The translations under genes were made by a program, and so were the position numbers. The notes beneath the pieces were generated by a model. That model saw only the letters and a program-made list of their open reading frames with translations, was not told where the DNA came from and made no database searches. DNA of 64,000 nt, from NCBI GenBank assembly GCA_008632985.1, contig QPGO01000076.1, positions 124,001 to 188,000 on the forward strand, written 5' to 3'. This stretch comes from Psammoneis japonica (taxonomy: Eukaryota). Within the stretch, counting starts at the first letter, position 1. Each line of letters begins with the position of its first letter. Positions 50,989-62,883 of this stretch are shown piece after piece.

Positions 50989-52173
50989 ATGTTGTGGAAA
51001 GGATTATCCCTGAATCTTGTGGTGCACGTTCTTCTCCTATTCTTATCTTGTGACACGTCAGAGTGTTTTGCGTTTGTCGGCAATAGTAGGTTTCGGTTTG
51101 GAACACAATTGTCAAAAAGAACAAGTACAAATCTCGGATTTGCATCTCCAGAAGACGCCTTGTCTGGATTTGGAATTCCCGATGGATTGCGCGACACTCT
51201 TCTTGAAAATGCTCGTGATGCGTTTCACAAGCGAATCTGGATTGTGGACAATAGTGGATCCATGAAAATGTGGGACGGGCATTTGGTATTGAATCGAGAC
51301 ACCGATTGCACGCGTTGGGATGAACTCAAGGAGACAATTAGTTGCCATGCTCAACTTTCTGCAGCTCTGGGCGCACCGACAGACTTTCGTTTACTGAATG
51401 GTCCTAACAATGGCCAAGATTCGTTTCGAGTTGGCTACGGCTCTCGCATTCAACGGGATTCCAAACGAGCACAAGCAATCATGGCCAAGAGCCAGCCAGG
51501 CGGCATGACGCCGTTGCATTCTCGTATCAAGGATATCCGTAGAGAAGTGATCCAGATGCTTCCCCAGCTCAACAAGGATGGATCCAAAATCGCCTTGATT
51601 GTTTGCACGGATGGATGCAATTTCGACGCGGCAGCAAGCTCCACGTGCATCGACCCAGAAGAAATGAATAGGGAATTCCTTGAAAGCTTAGAGTCCCTAC
51701 AAGGTCTCCCAGTCCATGTTGTCATTCGACTGTGTACCGACTTTGGACCCATTGTTGATTTCTACAACAGCTTGGATGAACGTCTGGATTTGAAGCTGGA
51801 TGTCTTGGATGATCATGTGGCCGAAGCTTTGGAGGTGAATCAACACAACAAGTGGTTGAACTACGCGCTCGTCCTGCACCGCATGCGAGAAATGGGGCAA
51901 TCGAACGCCCTATTTGATTTATTGGACGAGCGTCCTTTCACCAAGGACGAGATATGGGAGTTTATTGAGTTGCTCTTTGGTCCCAATAAAGTGCCAGATC
52001 CCTCGTCTTGCGACTGGTCTACTTTTTGCGAAGAAGTTGATAAGCTGCAGCAGGCCGAGCGCATGCACTGGAATCCGCTCACCAAGGAACTGTCTCCGTG
52101 GATTGACGTCGACGAGCTTGAATTGGCGGATTGCATTGTCGTTGATGACTTTATTATCGAAGAATCCGTTTGA
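50989..52173 (+). CDS. vWA-domain protein with signal + 'AF' N-terminus
   Basis: MIDAS-like RIWIVDNSGSM, GMTPL, IVCTDG, LDVLDD. Confidence 0.85.
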   Translation: MLWKGLSLNLVVHVLLLFLSCDTSECFAFVGNSRFRFGTQLSKRTSTNLGFASPEDALSGFGIPDGLRDTLLENARDAFHKRIWIVDNSGSMKMWDGHLVLNRDTDCTRWDELKETISCHAQLSAALGAPTDFRLLNGPNNGQDSFRVGYGSRIQRDSKRAQAIMAKSQPGGMTPLHSRIKDIRREVIQMLPQLNKDGSKIALIVCTDGCNFDAAASSTCIDPEEMNREFLESLESLQGLPVHVVIRLCTDFGPIVDFYNSLDERLDLKLDVLDDHVAEALEVNQHNKWLNYALVLHRMREMGQSNALFDLLDERPFTKDEIWEFIELLFGPNKVPDPSSCDWSTFCEEVDKLQQAERMHWNPLTKELSPWIDVDELELADCIVVDDFIIEESV

Positions 52174-52234
52174 GCGTTTGAGCAAAGTAGTACCAAGACA
52201 CGAAAATTGCCGCCGTATCTCCCCCCCCCCCCCC

Positions 52235-52265
52235 NNNNNNNNNNNNNNNNNNNNNNNNNNNNNNN
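52235..52265. other. Assembly gap (N run) after a poly-C tract
   Basis: Run of n characters. Confidence 0.99.
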
Positions 52266-52424
52266 TGTTGCACCTGATGAACACAAGAAACGAAGCTAAA
52301 AGCATTGCATAATTTTATAGAACAACGAACTATTGAGCTTTTTCTCCCTCGTTGAACGCTCGGAAGCGCTTGAATTTGAATTTCGCTAACAAGCGTAAGT
52401 TTTCTTGGTCGTATCCCTGTTATT

Positions 52425-55413
52425 TTAAAGTATGAATTTCAAATTTAACACAGAAGCTGGCAGAAGTTTCAATTCTGACTCAAAATCTGGCGGCTGTGGT
52501 TGCTCATCCTCGTTCCACCATTGGTTCTCTGATACCGATATGGAAGTAAAGACAAGAAACTCTTTGGCCCTAGTTGCAGCAACGTGCCCAAGCCTACGTT
52601 CCTCGTCTTCATGGCGGTGTATGGGATTGCCGTTGCGCATTTTGTCTTTCCTCGAAATTTCTTTATCACAAAACGGATCGCAAGATGTAGCGCCTTTGCG
52701 AGCTTTGCACTCTTCACTGTGGCGACATGCCCCAAGCTGTTTTTCTTTCCTGTAATTTGTTGGCATGAATCCTTGATTAAGGTATGGAACGTACACATCA
52801 TTCCACTCCAGTCCTTTGGCTCGATGTATTGTACTAATGCAAACGCCACGATTTTGTTTCTCACCTCCATCATGTTGATCAGTTTCAGTAGTATTGAGAG
52901 CTACTTCTTCTAGAAAGCTCTGAATCACAGGAATCCCCACTGCTCCGTCCGAAAACAAACTGTCAAGACTGTGCGGGGGCAGATTGAGAAACTGCGGAGA
53001 AGTCTGCTCTTCCCACATGCACTCCAACAAGCTCCGCCTTGACAATTCTAGTAAAGAGGGTATGTGACTCTTTGATGCTCTAGAGACATTCGCATTCTCT
53101 TGAAGCTTATCTTCTCGAGCCTTCCACTTCTTAACATGGCTTTTAGCCAGTTCAATCACCGCTTGCACTTGCCAAGGAACATATCCACGGATGCTTGGAG
53201 CCATAGACACGGCATTGGTATTTTCCTTCTTCTGCGCTTTCTTCTCGTTCATTTCCTCCAGGCCACTTTGCTCCCATATCAGTTTCAGGATTTCCGGCAA
53301 AGGTTTTCGCAAAGCATATATCTGCAGCTTCGTAACAAGCTCGAAGAATTCTCTAAGAGAACGGTGTTGTGGGACCGAGAGACCAACGCCAGTGTCCACC
53401 ATTCTCGATGCTGCTTCCTCTAGACTCAACAGATTCATGTTTCGTTGAAACTCACGAATACTTTCCAACGCCTTCTTCGAAAGACGTCTGGAGGGTTTGT
53501 TGAGAACACGGGCAAATGCTGCGTCATCGTAGTTCCCAGGTAACGCAATATGAAGATAGGCCATTAAATCTCGGACGGACTCGCTGTCAAAGAATGAAGT
53601 TCCGCCAACTACAGTAAACGGAATTTGCTGGAGTGCAAGTTCTTTTTGAAAATCACTGTGAAGCAGTCCATGTGCACCCATACGAAAGCAACGGAAAAGG
53701 CAAGCCATGTCTTCCCATGGAATATTGTCTTACTGTGTCTCCCTTTCATTGAGGACACAATGTGTCGAGCCTGTGAGATAGGCGTACTACATTTCCATAG
53801 CTCCACTGGACAGCCTTGGAGCGTGTGGGTCTCAGTACTTTGTGTTCTCTGTCGTGACAACCTTCAAGAAACTTTGCCCCGACCTGAAGAATGTTCGCAC
53901 TTGACCGGTAGTTGTCCACAAGCGTAAGCTCACGAATCTGTGGAGGCTCGTAGTGTCCACGAAGACGAGTGAAGTTTCCAGGACAAGCTCCTCGAAACTG
54001 ATATATGCATTGATCATCATCGCCGACGACAGTCAACTGACCGGCTGTGACAATGTGATGTAAAATCTTTGTCTGGATCTCGGAATTATCTTGGTATTCG
54101 TCAACCACCACGTGAGTGAATCTTTCACGTAAACGATTTGCGAGCGTCGCGTTTCGCAGAAGTTCTTCAAATAAAATTAACATATGATCAAAATCGATTT
54201 TGCCGGTCTTTCTCTGAAGGGCCTCGTACATCATCCAAACCCTGGCGTCTTCAGGAAGATACTCGTTAGTGTCATGATTACCAATGCGAGCTCGTCGCAC
54301 AAGTTCCAGATACATGTCACATTGTTTAGCGTCACCTTTCCATCTCGCCGCCAAGTCATCTGTGCTATTATTCCGTTTTAGTCTAAGCAACTCCATATAA
54401 CAGCCGACACGCAATGCCGAGACACGAATAAGAGAGAGCTGCCGCTCGAAATCCTCAGTGCGCGGTTCGGACTTCTTGGGTGTGTTCTCCTTGACGACGC
54501 TCTCAGCATGCTCGGTAGCGGAAGCATACAGCGCTGGAAAGCGCTCCCGCACAGTATTGACTACATCATCCCAATCTGTCGTGTCAAGCGACAAGAAGCC
54601 AATACAACGTTCAAGGCGTAGCTCATCCAAGATAACACTAATGGCTTGTTTCATGAGCTCACGTTGCTGTGCTGGCGTGCTGAGCACAGATGGTGGTCGA
54701 TCGAGCCCACATGCGCGATAGTTCCATTTTATCCAAAAGAATGCAAGGGAGTGAAACGTCTTTATGGTGGGAAGAATACTGTGGGTTTCTGACAAGGATG
54801 CAGAAATTCTCTCTTTTAGCTCCGCGGTTGCCTTGACAGAAAAGGTCATCATAAGAATGTTTGACGGATGAATCTCCCAGTTTTTTACAAGGTGCAAAAC
54901 ACGCTGCACCATTGTGTGAGTCTTGCCAGAACCAGCCCCAGCGCGAACGGAAAGCGCAACGTAAGGAGGACATTCAGCCACATTGCGCTGCTCTTGACTC
55001 AAACTGGGGGTTCGCGACCCTTTCTCTGATTGACGCTCTGCAGCACCTTCAGCTTCATCAGCGTCAGAATTCAACCCTACCCTCATTGCATCTCGATCTA
55101 TGTCTTTCGTGAGCATTTGTTGGTGGACATCTGATGGGCCAGAGGCGCATGGCCCGGGTCCAAGCAAAGAAGATGGAGATCGAGCGGGGACAATGCGAGT
55201 GCGAGATGTCGGCAGGACGTTTTGCAGTGGAACATTGTCGCTGAAATTGAGCTTCCTCTTTGCACTCGGATTTGACGACACTGCCTTCTTCTGTGCTGGT
55301 GGACAAGTCGCTGTATTTCGCGAAGGACGCTCCGGTGGATAGAAGCTGTCGATGGTCCTCTGCGCACGAGGCGTCGACGGCGTGTCAATCTTTTGCTTCT
55401 TCTTTGGCGGCAT
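52425..55413 (-). CDS. UvrD/PcrA/Srs2-family SF1 DNA helicase; apparent frameshift near 53800
   Basis: AGAGSGKT, TFHSLA, VVDEYQD, VGDDDQCIYQFRG, NYRS, STIHRAKGLEW, EERRLGHVAATRAK; start uncertain. Confidence 0.9.
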
Positions 55414-55744
55414 TTTTCTTTGATCAAATGATCGGCCCTTGGCGTCAACTTGTGATAAGCTGCGTACCCTTTGTTGATATACTGTAGCAGTTGTGCAATC
55501 ACTGTGACTACCTTTTATCGTTTTAACACTGTATCGCTGAAAGTTCGCGCCCATCAGATTTGTGATCCTCCATCCTCCTTCAGATCGCGATGCCAAAAAT
55601 CCATCAATATGTGATATTCGTATATATAGAAGTTATAAATGATAGCATACCTTCGTTTACAGTGCGAGTACCTGTATGCGATCAACGAATCAAAAATAAC
55701 GTCGAGCCAAACCAATGCACCATTGGCCAAACGAACAGCTGGCC

Positions 55745-57760
55745 CTACTCAAAACTTTGTCGACAACAGGGACATTCAGGTTTTCGATGAGCCCATGGCA
55801 ACAAACATTGTAGGTGAAAGGTGTGGCCACAAGGAAGGCACGTGCCACTTTTCGTCATCGAGCGCTTCTCAGTCGCTGCTTCAAGCTGTTCCTGACAGAT
55901 CACGCAAATTGAATTGCCCGGGACTGAAATACCCTGGAGTTTCTGAAGGGTGGATGCACTTGCTCTGGTAAGATCTTCTTCTTCTTGAGCGCGAACTGCA
56001 AAGGCCTCTTCTCGGATTCGGACATAATCATTTGGTCCAATGAATTCCTGTGGACAAGACGTTAAATTCTCGGGCTTAACGCCAATCACAAGGGGCTCTT
56101 CGCCGTCAAGAAAGCACTCGAGCTTCACCCTCCATCGTTGCACATCGCCAACCCACTTTGTCACCCGGCCTACTCGACCGTTCAGGTCACTTCTCGCTTT
56201 CAGTCCGTTAAGTCGTACACGTTGTCCAACAAGCGTGTCTGCTTCTTCTTTTTTGCGTTCGCCACCCGTTTCGAAATCTGTTTGCATATTTGCGCACGCA
56301 AAGCGTAATTCTTCCTCTGAATTTAAAATGCAGGGAACCTCGACACGTTCTAACAGCTCTGAAAGTTCAGCGTGCCGGTCTCGCAGTCGATAGCTTAGAA
56401 CAAGAACACTTGGACGACGCGGTGGCCCAACATAAGCGCGAGTCTCGGATCCGGCTCCAGCCATGGCTGCAAGTAAGAGGCGATACAGATCCTTTGCACT
56501 CGGCATATGGTGAATATTTGGATCCTCCCCGCGACACATCTTGCTGTCCATGATCATTCCGCTGAACGGACTCTTCACTCCCGTATCCATCACGGTCACC
56601 ATAGTTGCGTTCTTCTCACCGAAAGCCCCAAGCATACACGACATGTTCCAAACTTTGTCTTGGGGCGGAGTTTCATCGTCGTCTTCGTATTGATCCATGC
56701 CTCTTACGAATTCCTCTGTCGGCTCAAAAGGTGTTCCTGGAAACATGTAACGCATATCTTCAACCACCTTCCTTCCTTTGGGGTTAGTTTCCACGGCATC
56801 CCAGTTTGCCAAGGCTGCAGCTGCCCTTCTTCCAAAGCTGTGTTCCACCACCATGAAGCGCTTTGCCAATTCTGAATAGGTACCAGCGTCAACCAGAGAG
56901 CGAAAGCGAAAGCTGCTGGTTTGGGCGTCCCTTAAAGGTTTAAAGAGAATGAAGCGGGCGGTGCTTCCGGCTTGACCCCACCAATAGTCAGCCAGATAGG
57001 TCTTTTCACAGTTTCCACCAATGTCATAAAATGGTACGTCGATTTCCCACCCGAGATGCTCGTCATAATCGTCGGTCACGTTATCTTCGTCGTCCGGCAC
57101 CAATTCCCACGGACCAATACGCCCCTTTGGCCTTTCCCCACTTGCAGTGTCTGCTTCAAGTGCCGCCGTGAGCTCCGACATGAGCAACTGTATTTCACAC
57201 CTTAAGAGCCAAGCCTCTGCAATACCCGGGCGAGAATGCACACCTTTGTCGTTTGCAACCTGAAGAATGCAGATCCGAGCGATATCCGCAAGACAACTGG
57301 CACGCTGAGACCGGTGACGTCCAGCCTCCATTAGTTTCTGCCGGATGCGCTGTTTCACTGACCCTCCCTCTGACTTTGCGGTCTTTTGAGGCTTGATATC
57401 AATGTTATCAAAATGAGATTTGGCGGCGAGCCATAGAGCCGATCGCGCCAGGAGCAAAAGCGCTCTGGAGAAGAGAACCGACGGTCCCTGAGGTTTAAGC
57501 ATATCGCAGAGAGCCGTTGCACGGCAGTATGCTAGAGCAGCCAATGATTCATCACCAAAATTCCATTCGTCAAGATCAGTTTGAGATAGAGGCTCATAAG
57601 CCAGTTTCTCAATTCGTGTAGGAACCTTGAACTGGTTGTTCTCACAAGCCATTGGATCATCTTCGCCGCTCTCAAACTTGCTGGACTTCAGAACTTGATA
57701 CGAGGGCCATGGAAACGAGGCCTTTTCAGGAGCGGGAGCCTTTAGATCTGAACTAGACAT
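55745..57760 (-). CDS. RING-H2 finger protein (putative E3 ligase)
   Basis: C-terminal CVICQE...LPCGHTFHLQCLLPW...CPCCR; 671-aa ORF. Confidence 0.85.
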   Translation of the reverse strand: MSSSDLKAPAPEKASFPWPSYQVLKSSKFESGEDDPMACENNQFKVPTRIEKLAYEPLSQTDLDEWNFGDESLAALAYCRATALCDMLKPQGPSVLFSRALLLLARSALWLAAKSHFDNIDIKPQKTAKSEGGSVKQRIRQKLMEAGRHRSQRASCLADIARICILQVANDKGVHSRPGIAEAWLLRCEIQLLMSELTAALEADTASGERPKGRIGPWELVPDDEDNVTDDYDEHLGWEIDVPFYDIGGNCEKTYLADYWWGQAGSTARFILFKPLRDAQTSSFRFRSLVDAGTYSELAKRFMVVEHSFGRRAAAALANWDAVETNPKGRKVVEDMRYMFPGTPFEPTEEFVRGMDQYEDDDETPPQDKVWNMSCMLGAFGEKNATMVTVMDTGVKSPFSGMIMDSKMCRGEDPNIHHMPSAKDLYRLLLAAMAGAGSETRAYVGPPRRPSVLVLSYRLRDRHAELSELLERVEVPCILNSEEELRFACANMQTDFETGGERKKEEADTLVGQRVRLNGLKARSDLNGRVGRVTKWVGDVQRWRVKLECFLDGEEPLVIGVKPENLTSCPQEFIGPNDYVRIREEAFAVRAQEEEDLTRASASTLQKLQGISVPGNSICVICQEQLEAATEKRSMTKSGTCLPCGHTFHLQCLLPWAHRKPECPCCRQSFE

Positions 57761-58263
57761 TCTTTTAAGAAGCGAAGGATAGTGTTTTCATCAAACGAGA
57801 GGTATTGGTGATGGTGAAAGAGTCAACATGGTGGACGAGGGGAGCGTCGTTCCAACAGGATCTGTCAAAGATTTTTCTGAGATTTTCGCCGAACCCTTCG
57901 ACTCATGTTTTCCCGCCATTTTTTCACGCGTTGCAACGCGCATCGCCCCCGACTGTTCGTGCTCCTCGACAGCAACACTTCTATTCTTCGATTCTTGATT
58001 GATCTATCTCACTTACCACGGTATCTGAAACAGTAGAGGGGAAAAATGCATTTGCTGACCATCAGCTTAGCAGCAGCCAACATTAATTCAGTGCTACTTG
58101 CCTGCTGCTCTAGAGCACACGCACCGACGCAAATTTTTCGTTGCATTTTCTGACAGTCTTGTATGGTCCTGTGTGTACACGGAATTTTAACTTACTACTA
58201 CTCTCTTACTGAAGTTTCACTTACAACAACAACGTTCGTACCTAAAATAGAAAATCTCGGCTT

Positions 58264-59565
58264 TTACTGGGAATCAGAATCGTCCTCAATGACGGTAATG
58301 CGCTTCTTCACATCATAAAGCTCACGACCTTTCTCGTCGACTCCGTTTCGAACAAGCTCGTAGTTGTTGGGGTCAGAGTGAAAGAAATCAACGAGACCCT
58401 TTTCCTTTTCGGCAAACAAGGCATCTCGATGCGCTGCCGAGACGGTTCGCATGGGCATTTGAACAAGAGTTTCGTGAACGTGAAAGTCCTCGGGAACTTG
58501 TTTCCCAATACAGATAATATAAGCGGCAGTTGGGGACAGGGTGGCGTTCATGAAATGAACCAAATCCTCCGTGCCAACTGCAGAATTCACGTCTGGCGAT
58601 GCCACACCCGAAGGAGCTGGTGTACCTGGGTTCACGAGTCCCTCAATGCGCGTGTACCTGTTGTTCTGCAACCAGGTGAGAAACAACTCAATGAAAAACT
58701 TCCGCTTTGTCTTGTTCGTGTTGAATTCGGCGAGAGGTAGAGCGCGAAGGCGAGTCGGTTCCTTGTATACGTGAAAATCTTGTTGAGCCTGGTACCCTGC
58801 AAGGTCGTTGAAGATGATACGCGACTCGTAGGCAATTTCGTATTTGAGTTCCGCAACATTTTTACTCCTCTTTTCAACCTTCATGCGCTTGCCGACACCG
58901 GTGCAAAAATGTGTGCCTTTTCGCTTCAGTACGCCATCCACAAAGTCTTTGCTTACTGTAGGCACCGCAGATTTTTTGTCATGCCTTCGTCGAACCACTC
59001 GAGGCACCATTTTCTCAACAAGAGAAAATTGAAACCGCAAACTCCCAATTCGTCTCGCTGTTTCTTCGACTTGATCGACGCCATGGTACGATTCGGCGGA
59101 TCTTGTGAGATCCCCAAACTTGAATCCGTACCTCTCTTCCCCGCTGCTGTAGAAACTGCCCACCGTGTGTGAAGTCTGCTTGGAATTGAACCAAAAATAG
59201 TGGTCGTACGTAGACTGATCCACCCGCATACCCACTTCCGCATCTCCTCCTTTGGCGACATCAAAGACCTGGTGGTTTTCGCAACCCTCGTCGATATAAA
59301 CACGGCATCCCCACCGCTGCCCCTGCGGCGGTGCCTTGTCTAGTTCAACTCGGCACTGAAACGCTTTTCCTGGGATGGCCACGAATCTCTGAACGGTGAG
59401 AACATCATCTGGCCTGTCAATAGTAATGGGGATCATCTCCACAAAATTATCTGGCTCGGTTTCGACGAGCAAAAAGACTTTGAAGTACCCATGGCTCGCA
59501 ATTCTGGACGAACTGGGCGCCGGCACGGGAGGAATGTACGCACGAGGTTGCTTCACGTCTTCCAT
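58264..59565 (-). CDS. Hypothetical protein
   Basis: Uninterrupted ~433-aa ORF with ordinary composition; no confident domain. Confidence 0.7.
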   Translation of the reverse strand: MEDVKQPRAYIPPVPAPSSSRIASHGYFKVFLLVETEPDNFVEMIPITIDRPDDVLTVQRFVAIPGKAFQCRVELDKAPPQGQRWGCRVYIDEGCENHQVFDVAKGGDAEVGMRVDQSTYDHYFWFNSKQTSHTVGSFYSSGEERYGFKFGDLTRSAESYHGVDQVEETARRIGSLRFQFSLVEKMVPRVVRRRHDKKSAVPTVSKDFVDGVLKRKGTHFCTGVGKRMKVEKRSKNVAELKYEIAYESRIIFNDLAGYQAQQDFHVYKEPTRLRALPLAEFNTNKTKRKFFIELFLTWLQNNRYTRIEGLVNPGTPAPSGVASPDVNSAVGTEDLVHFMNATLSPTAAYIICIGKQVPEDFHVHETLVQMPMRTVSAAHRDALFAEKEKGLVDFFHSDPNNYELVRNGVDEKGRELYDVKKRITVIEDDSDSQ

Positions 59566-60009
59566 AATTTCCGCTCTCTCGTACGTGCACACTTAGCGCT
59601 TTGTTAAAATGAAACTTCTATATGCAGCTGTTGTTCAATAGGAACGTGAAGCAATGAGCAATGCGCAAAGCGCAACGTGGGTGAGGTGGAACAGAGTATC
59701 CATTGCGATCTTTCCTTGCGTACGGTACGATACTCGTTTTGATCGATTTTTCGAAATCGCGTAGCCGTCGTAAGATTTGTACCAAGATGATTAAAAGCTC
59801 TATCCCCGAATATAAATTTAGATTTTCCCGCGCAAATTCATCTACTCGGGTACCCGTAACCCGGAAATAGCAGCACTGCAACTTTGATCTTTTCGCGCAT
59901 GACGCGTGAGACAACCAAAAGATGCCATTGCGTTTGACAGTCATTCTAGCCGCTGAATCAATCCTTCCGCAACACACCATGGCACTGATGTCTCTCAAGT
60001 GTGTTTTAC

Positions 60010-62095
60010 AGATGGTCAGCATCCATGATCCATGATCAAAGAATGACTGACCTGCTGGAGCTCAACACCAGCATCAACACAATCAAGTGGAGAGAACAGG
60101 CGCGCCAGAGATGAGAGAGCAGAGCTGGCAAGTGTGCCAAGAGAAAAATGCTGCTGTGGAACAATCACCTTGCAAGTCAGAAGAAGAAGAAGAAGGGGCA
60201 GTTGAGCCTCCACCCAAAGTGGAGTGAGAGACAGACAATGAAGCGAAGAAGAAGGCAGAAGAGGCGAAGTCAGGACAAGCAGCTTCTGTGCCGTGGAAGA
60301 TGAAGGAAAGAACGGAGAAAGAGGGCGACACAAAACACGCAACCCCTTTGAGCATCCCAAGGACTGCACACCTGGAAACAAATCAAGCATTGGCCAGAAC
60401 CATGTGCAGGAGCTCAAAAGGAAGAAGAAAGGCAAAAAAGATGAGGCAAGTGCCAAGAAAAGACGAGACCTGTCCTGCCAGTGTTGCAAAACATCAAAAC
60501 TCAGACAAATCTGTGCTTCAGGTGGTGAAAGCTTGCTCGCAAGTCAACAACCATGCAAAAATTGTGCAAATGTCATTTTTGTGCATGACTTGGTTCATGC
60601 GCAGCTGGGGCATCATGTCATGACAAAAATGCACCTCCCAGCTGGTCTGGCCCAAAAGACAGCTGCTTGGTGCGTGGGGATCACTTCTCTTTCTTCATGG
60701 GCTTGAGAGGCTGATGACCACAGAATTGACACCACCCAGAGTTAAGATGGAATTTGACCATGCACTTGGTTCTGTGACTGAGCAAGACAAGCTCTGGTGC
60801 TGCAGCTCAGCCAAGTCATGGAAACAATCCACAGCACACCCCAGTTGAAGCCTCCACACCAAGTCAGGAGTGCACTTCAAACACACCAGGGTTGTCAGCC
60901 TGCATGTGGACAACATTCATGCCCCTGGGACTGGTTGTCCATCAACACAAAAATTCAAATGCATCCACCTGCTGCCAGTGGCAACCCTTCAATTGCTTCA
61001 TGCCAGCTTCTGCCCATGGCACTCAGCTGCCAGCATCATGCAGCACCACATTTTGCTCTCTCTTTCACTCCTTTCTTGTTCTTTGCTGGATTCTCTGGGG
61101 TGCACATGTTGAGGAAGGCATCTGTCAAATTGCACCTTCCATTTTCCCAGACATGGGGGATCCCCGTGTGCAGCAGCCAAGGGGTGTCACACTCCACGAG
61201 ACTGTGTGTGTGTGTTGCACTCTCCATGACACCTGAATTTGTGCTGTTTTTCCACACCTCATTTTGATTTCCCTGGTGTCTCACAATGACAGTTTTCATT
61301 GCCAGAAATTTCCCAAACAAATTTGCTGCACTTTGAACCAGTTTGATTTTGAGATTGTGTGCGATCATGCAGCAAGAGTCTTGGGGCAAGAGATCTTCTG
61401 CTGTGAGCAGCTGCCGCCCACATCATCAACTCCCAACTGTTTCATTTGTGAGACAGCCCAGCTGCAAGAGTTCCTTTGCTTCTTTCTCTTTCTTTGCTGT
61501 CACCTGTTGGGTTGTGAAATGATGCATCATGGCAGTGCGCCCATCTGCAACAAGCCTTTTGTGTCAAGATTGTCCAAACTGGTCAGTGTGTGAATTCATT
61601 GCCTTGTCTGCCTCAGGAGCAACATCCTTGCATTGAGTGGAGCTTTTGGAGAGGGAGAGAACCCAATCAACTGAGTGCAAACTCTTGGCACTCAATGATG
61701 ACTTGGAAAGGACCTCTGCTGAAGTCCTTTGGGAAGGTGTTGGCTCATTGCTTGTTGCTTGCAACATTTCTGATGAGCTCTGTGCGCAGATGAGTGCCTT
61801 GAAGCAAACTCTGCTTGTTGCTTTTGTCACTTTTCCATCTTGTTGCCCTCTTGAGAGCCTGTCATTGGGTGCTTGAAGAAACAAATTCTTCAAGAGGTTG
61901 TTGTCATCATTTTGGCAAATCCTTGCAGCTCGTCTGCCGAGCCGTTCCAGGGGAGAGCCGGACCTCAACGCTCCACTTCAGGCTGCACCAAGAAAGAATG
62001 AAGTGCCAAAGCAAGTGAACAAAATCAGTCTTCATTTCTGTGGGAAAACATCCCCACAGCAAGTTCACAGGCCACTCTCTGGATGCATTTGGCGA
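60010..62095. mobile_element. TpA- and CpG-depleted degenerate island of unknown origin
   Basis: I found only one TpA (TTAA, ~60743) in ~2.1 kb; TE origin is inferred from composition only. Confidence 0.5.
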
Positions 62096-62382
62096 ATCTA
62101 CCTTCAAGAAAAGAAAAGCTATTCGAGAACGGCATCCAAAAGCCGGTGAGGAACCTATCCTACGGGGAATTGACAAGTGGCCTCCACCGTAATGTGCTAA
62201 TTTATAGAATCTAGCTATTCGGTTGCTGCATGCAGCGTTTCCTGTTTCCTTCTGCCTTGAGGTATACATTTGTTGGTTCTCTAGCTTCACTCTTCAATTG
62301 AAATCCCACCAGCATCCAATTGCGCCTGTCTTCTATTTGCATCATCCCCATTGTCGAGCTCATCTCCATACCTGGTAAATGA

Positions 62383-62883
62383 TTAATCGCTGTCACCGTC
62401 ACTGCTACTACTACTCTCACTTTTGTCATCGCGCTTTTTTCGTTTCTTCTTCTTTTTTCGGCTGCTCTCCTTTTTCCTCTTTTTCCTCTTGCGCTCTCGA
62501 CGTTCCTCTTTATCCTCTTCATCACTACCACTACTGCTGTACTTTCGTTTTCGCTTCTTTCGTTTCTTGTCCTTCTTTTTTCGCTTCTTTTTCTTTTCAT
62601 CGTCCTCGTCATCTTTTTTCGTCATGAGCGCAACAACCTGTCCACTCAGTCCTTGCGACGCCAATTCCAAGTGCTTTTCCGATACGCGCCTCTTCTTTTT
62701 TGTTTTGGAATCTCGTTCTTGTTCTAATGAAGCACGATGAGCTTCCTCGTCTTGATTTGAAGTTGTTTTGGTGGAAGCAATCTTGTCGAGCTGTGATCCA
62801 ATGACTCGATCAAAGGCGCGATCGAGCAGTGCTTGTTTCTGCAATTGACGCTGTAATTTCGCATCGCGTTCGCGGGGGTCCAT
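62383..62883 (-). CDS. Lys/Arg/Ser-rich low-complexity protein
   Basis: 166-aa ORF from ATG with KKKR tracts and SSSSDGDSD end. Confidence 0.6.
   Translation of the reverse strand: MDPRERDAKLQRQLQKQALLDRAFDRVIGSQLDKIASTKTTSNQDEEAHRASLEQERDSKTKKKRRVSEKHLELASQGLSGQVVALMTKKDDEDDEKKKKRKKKDKKRKKRKRKYSSSGSDEEDKEERRERKRKKRKKESSRKKKKKRKKRDDKSESSSSSDGDSD

Noticed and set aside
9380..53820. Programmed frameshifting in the peptidase, lumen-protein, SDR, 46.7-kb and helicase genes
   Set aside because: There is no shared slippery motif. Indel errors in a draft assembly, or pseudogenisation, are simpler explanations.
52425..55413. UvrD helicase (or the 2OG oxygenase or amidohydrolase) as the mutator machinery
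   Set aside because: Proximity is the only link, and gene order carries little functional information in this eukaryotic context.
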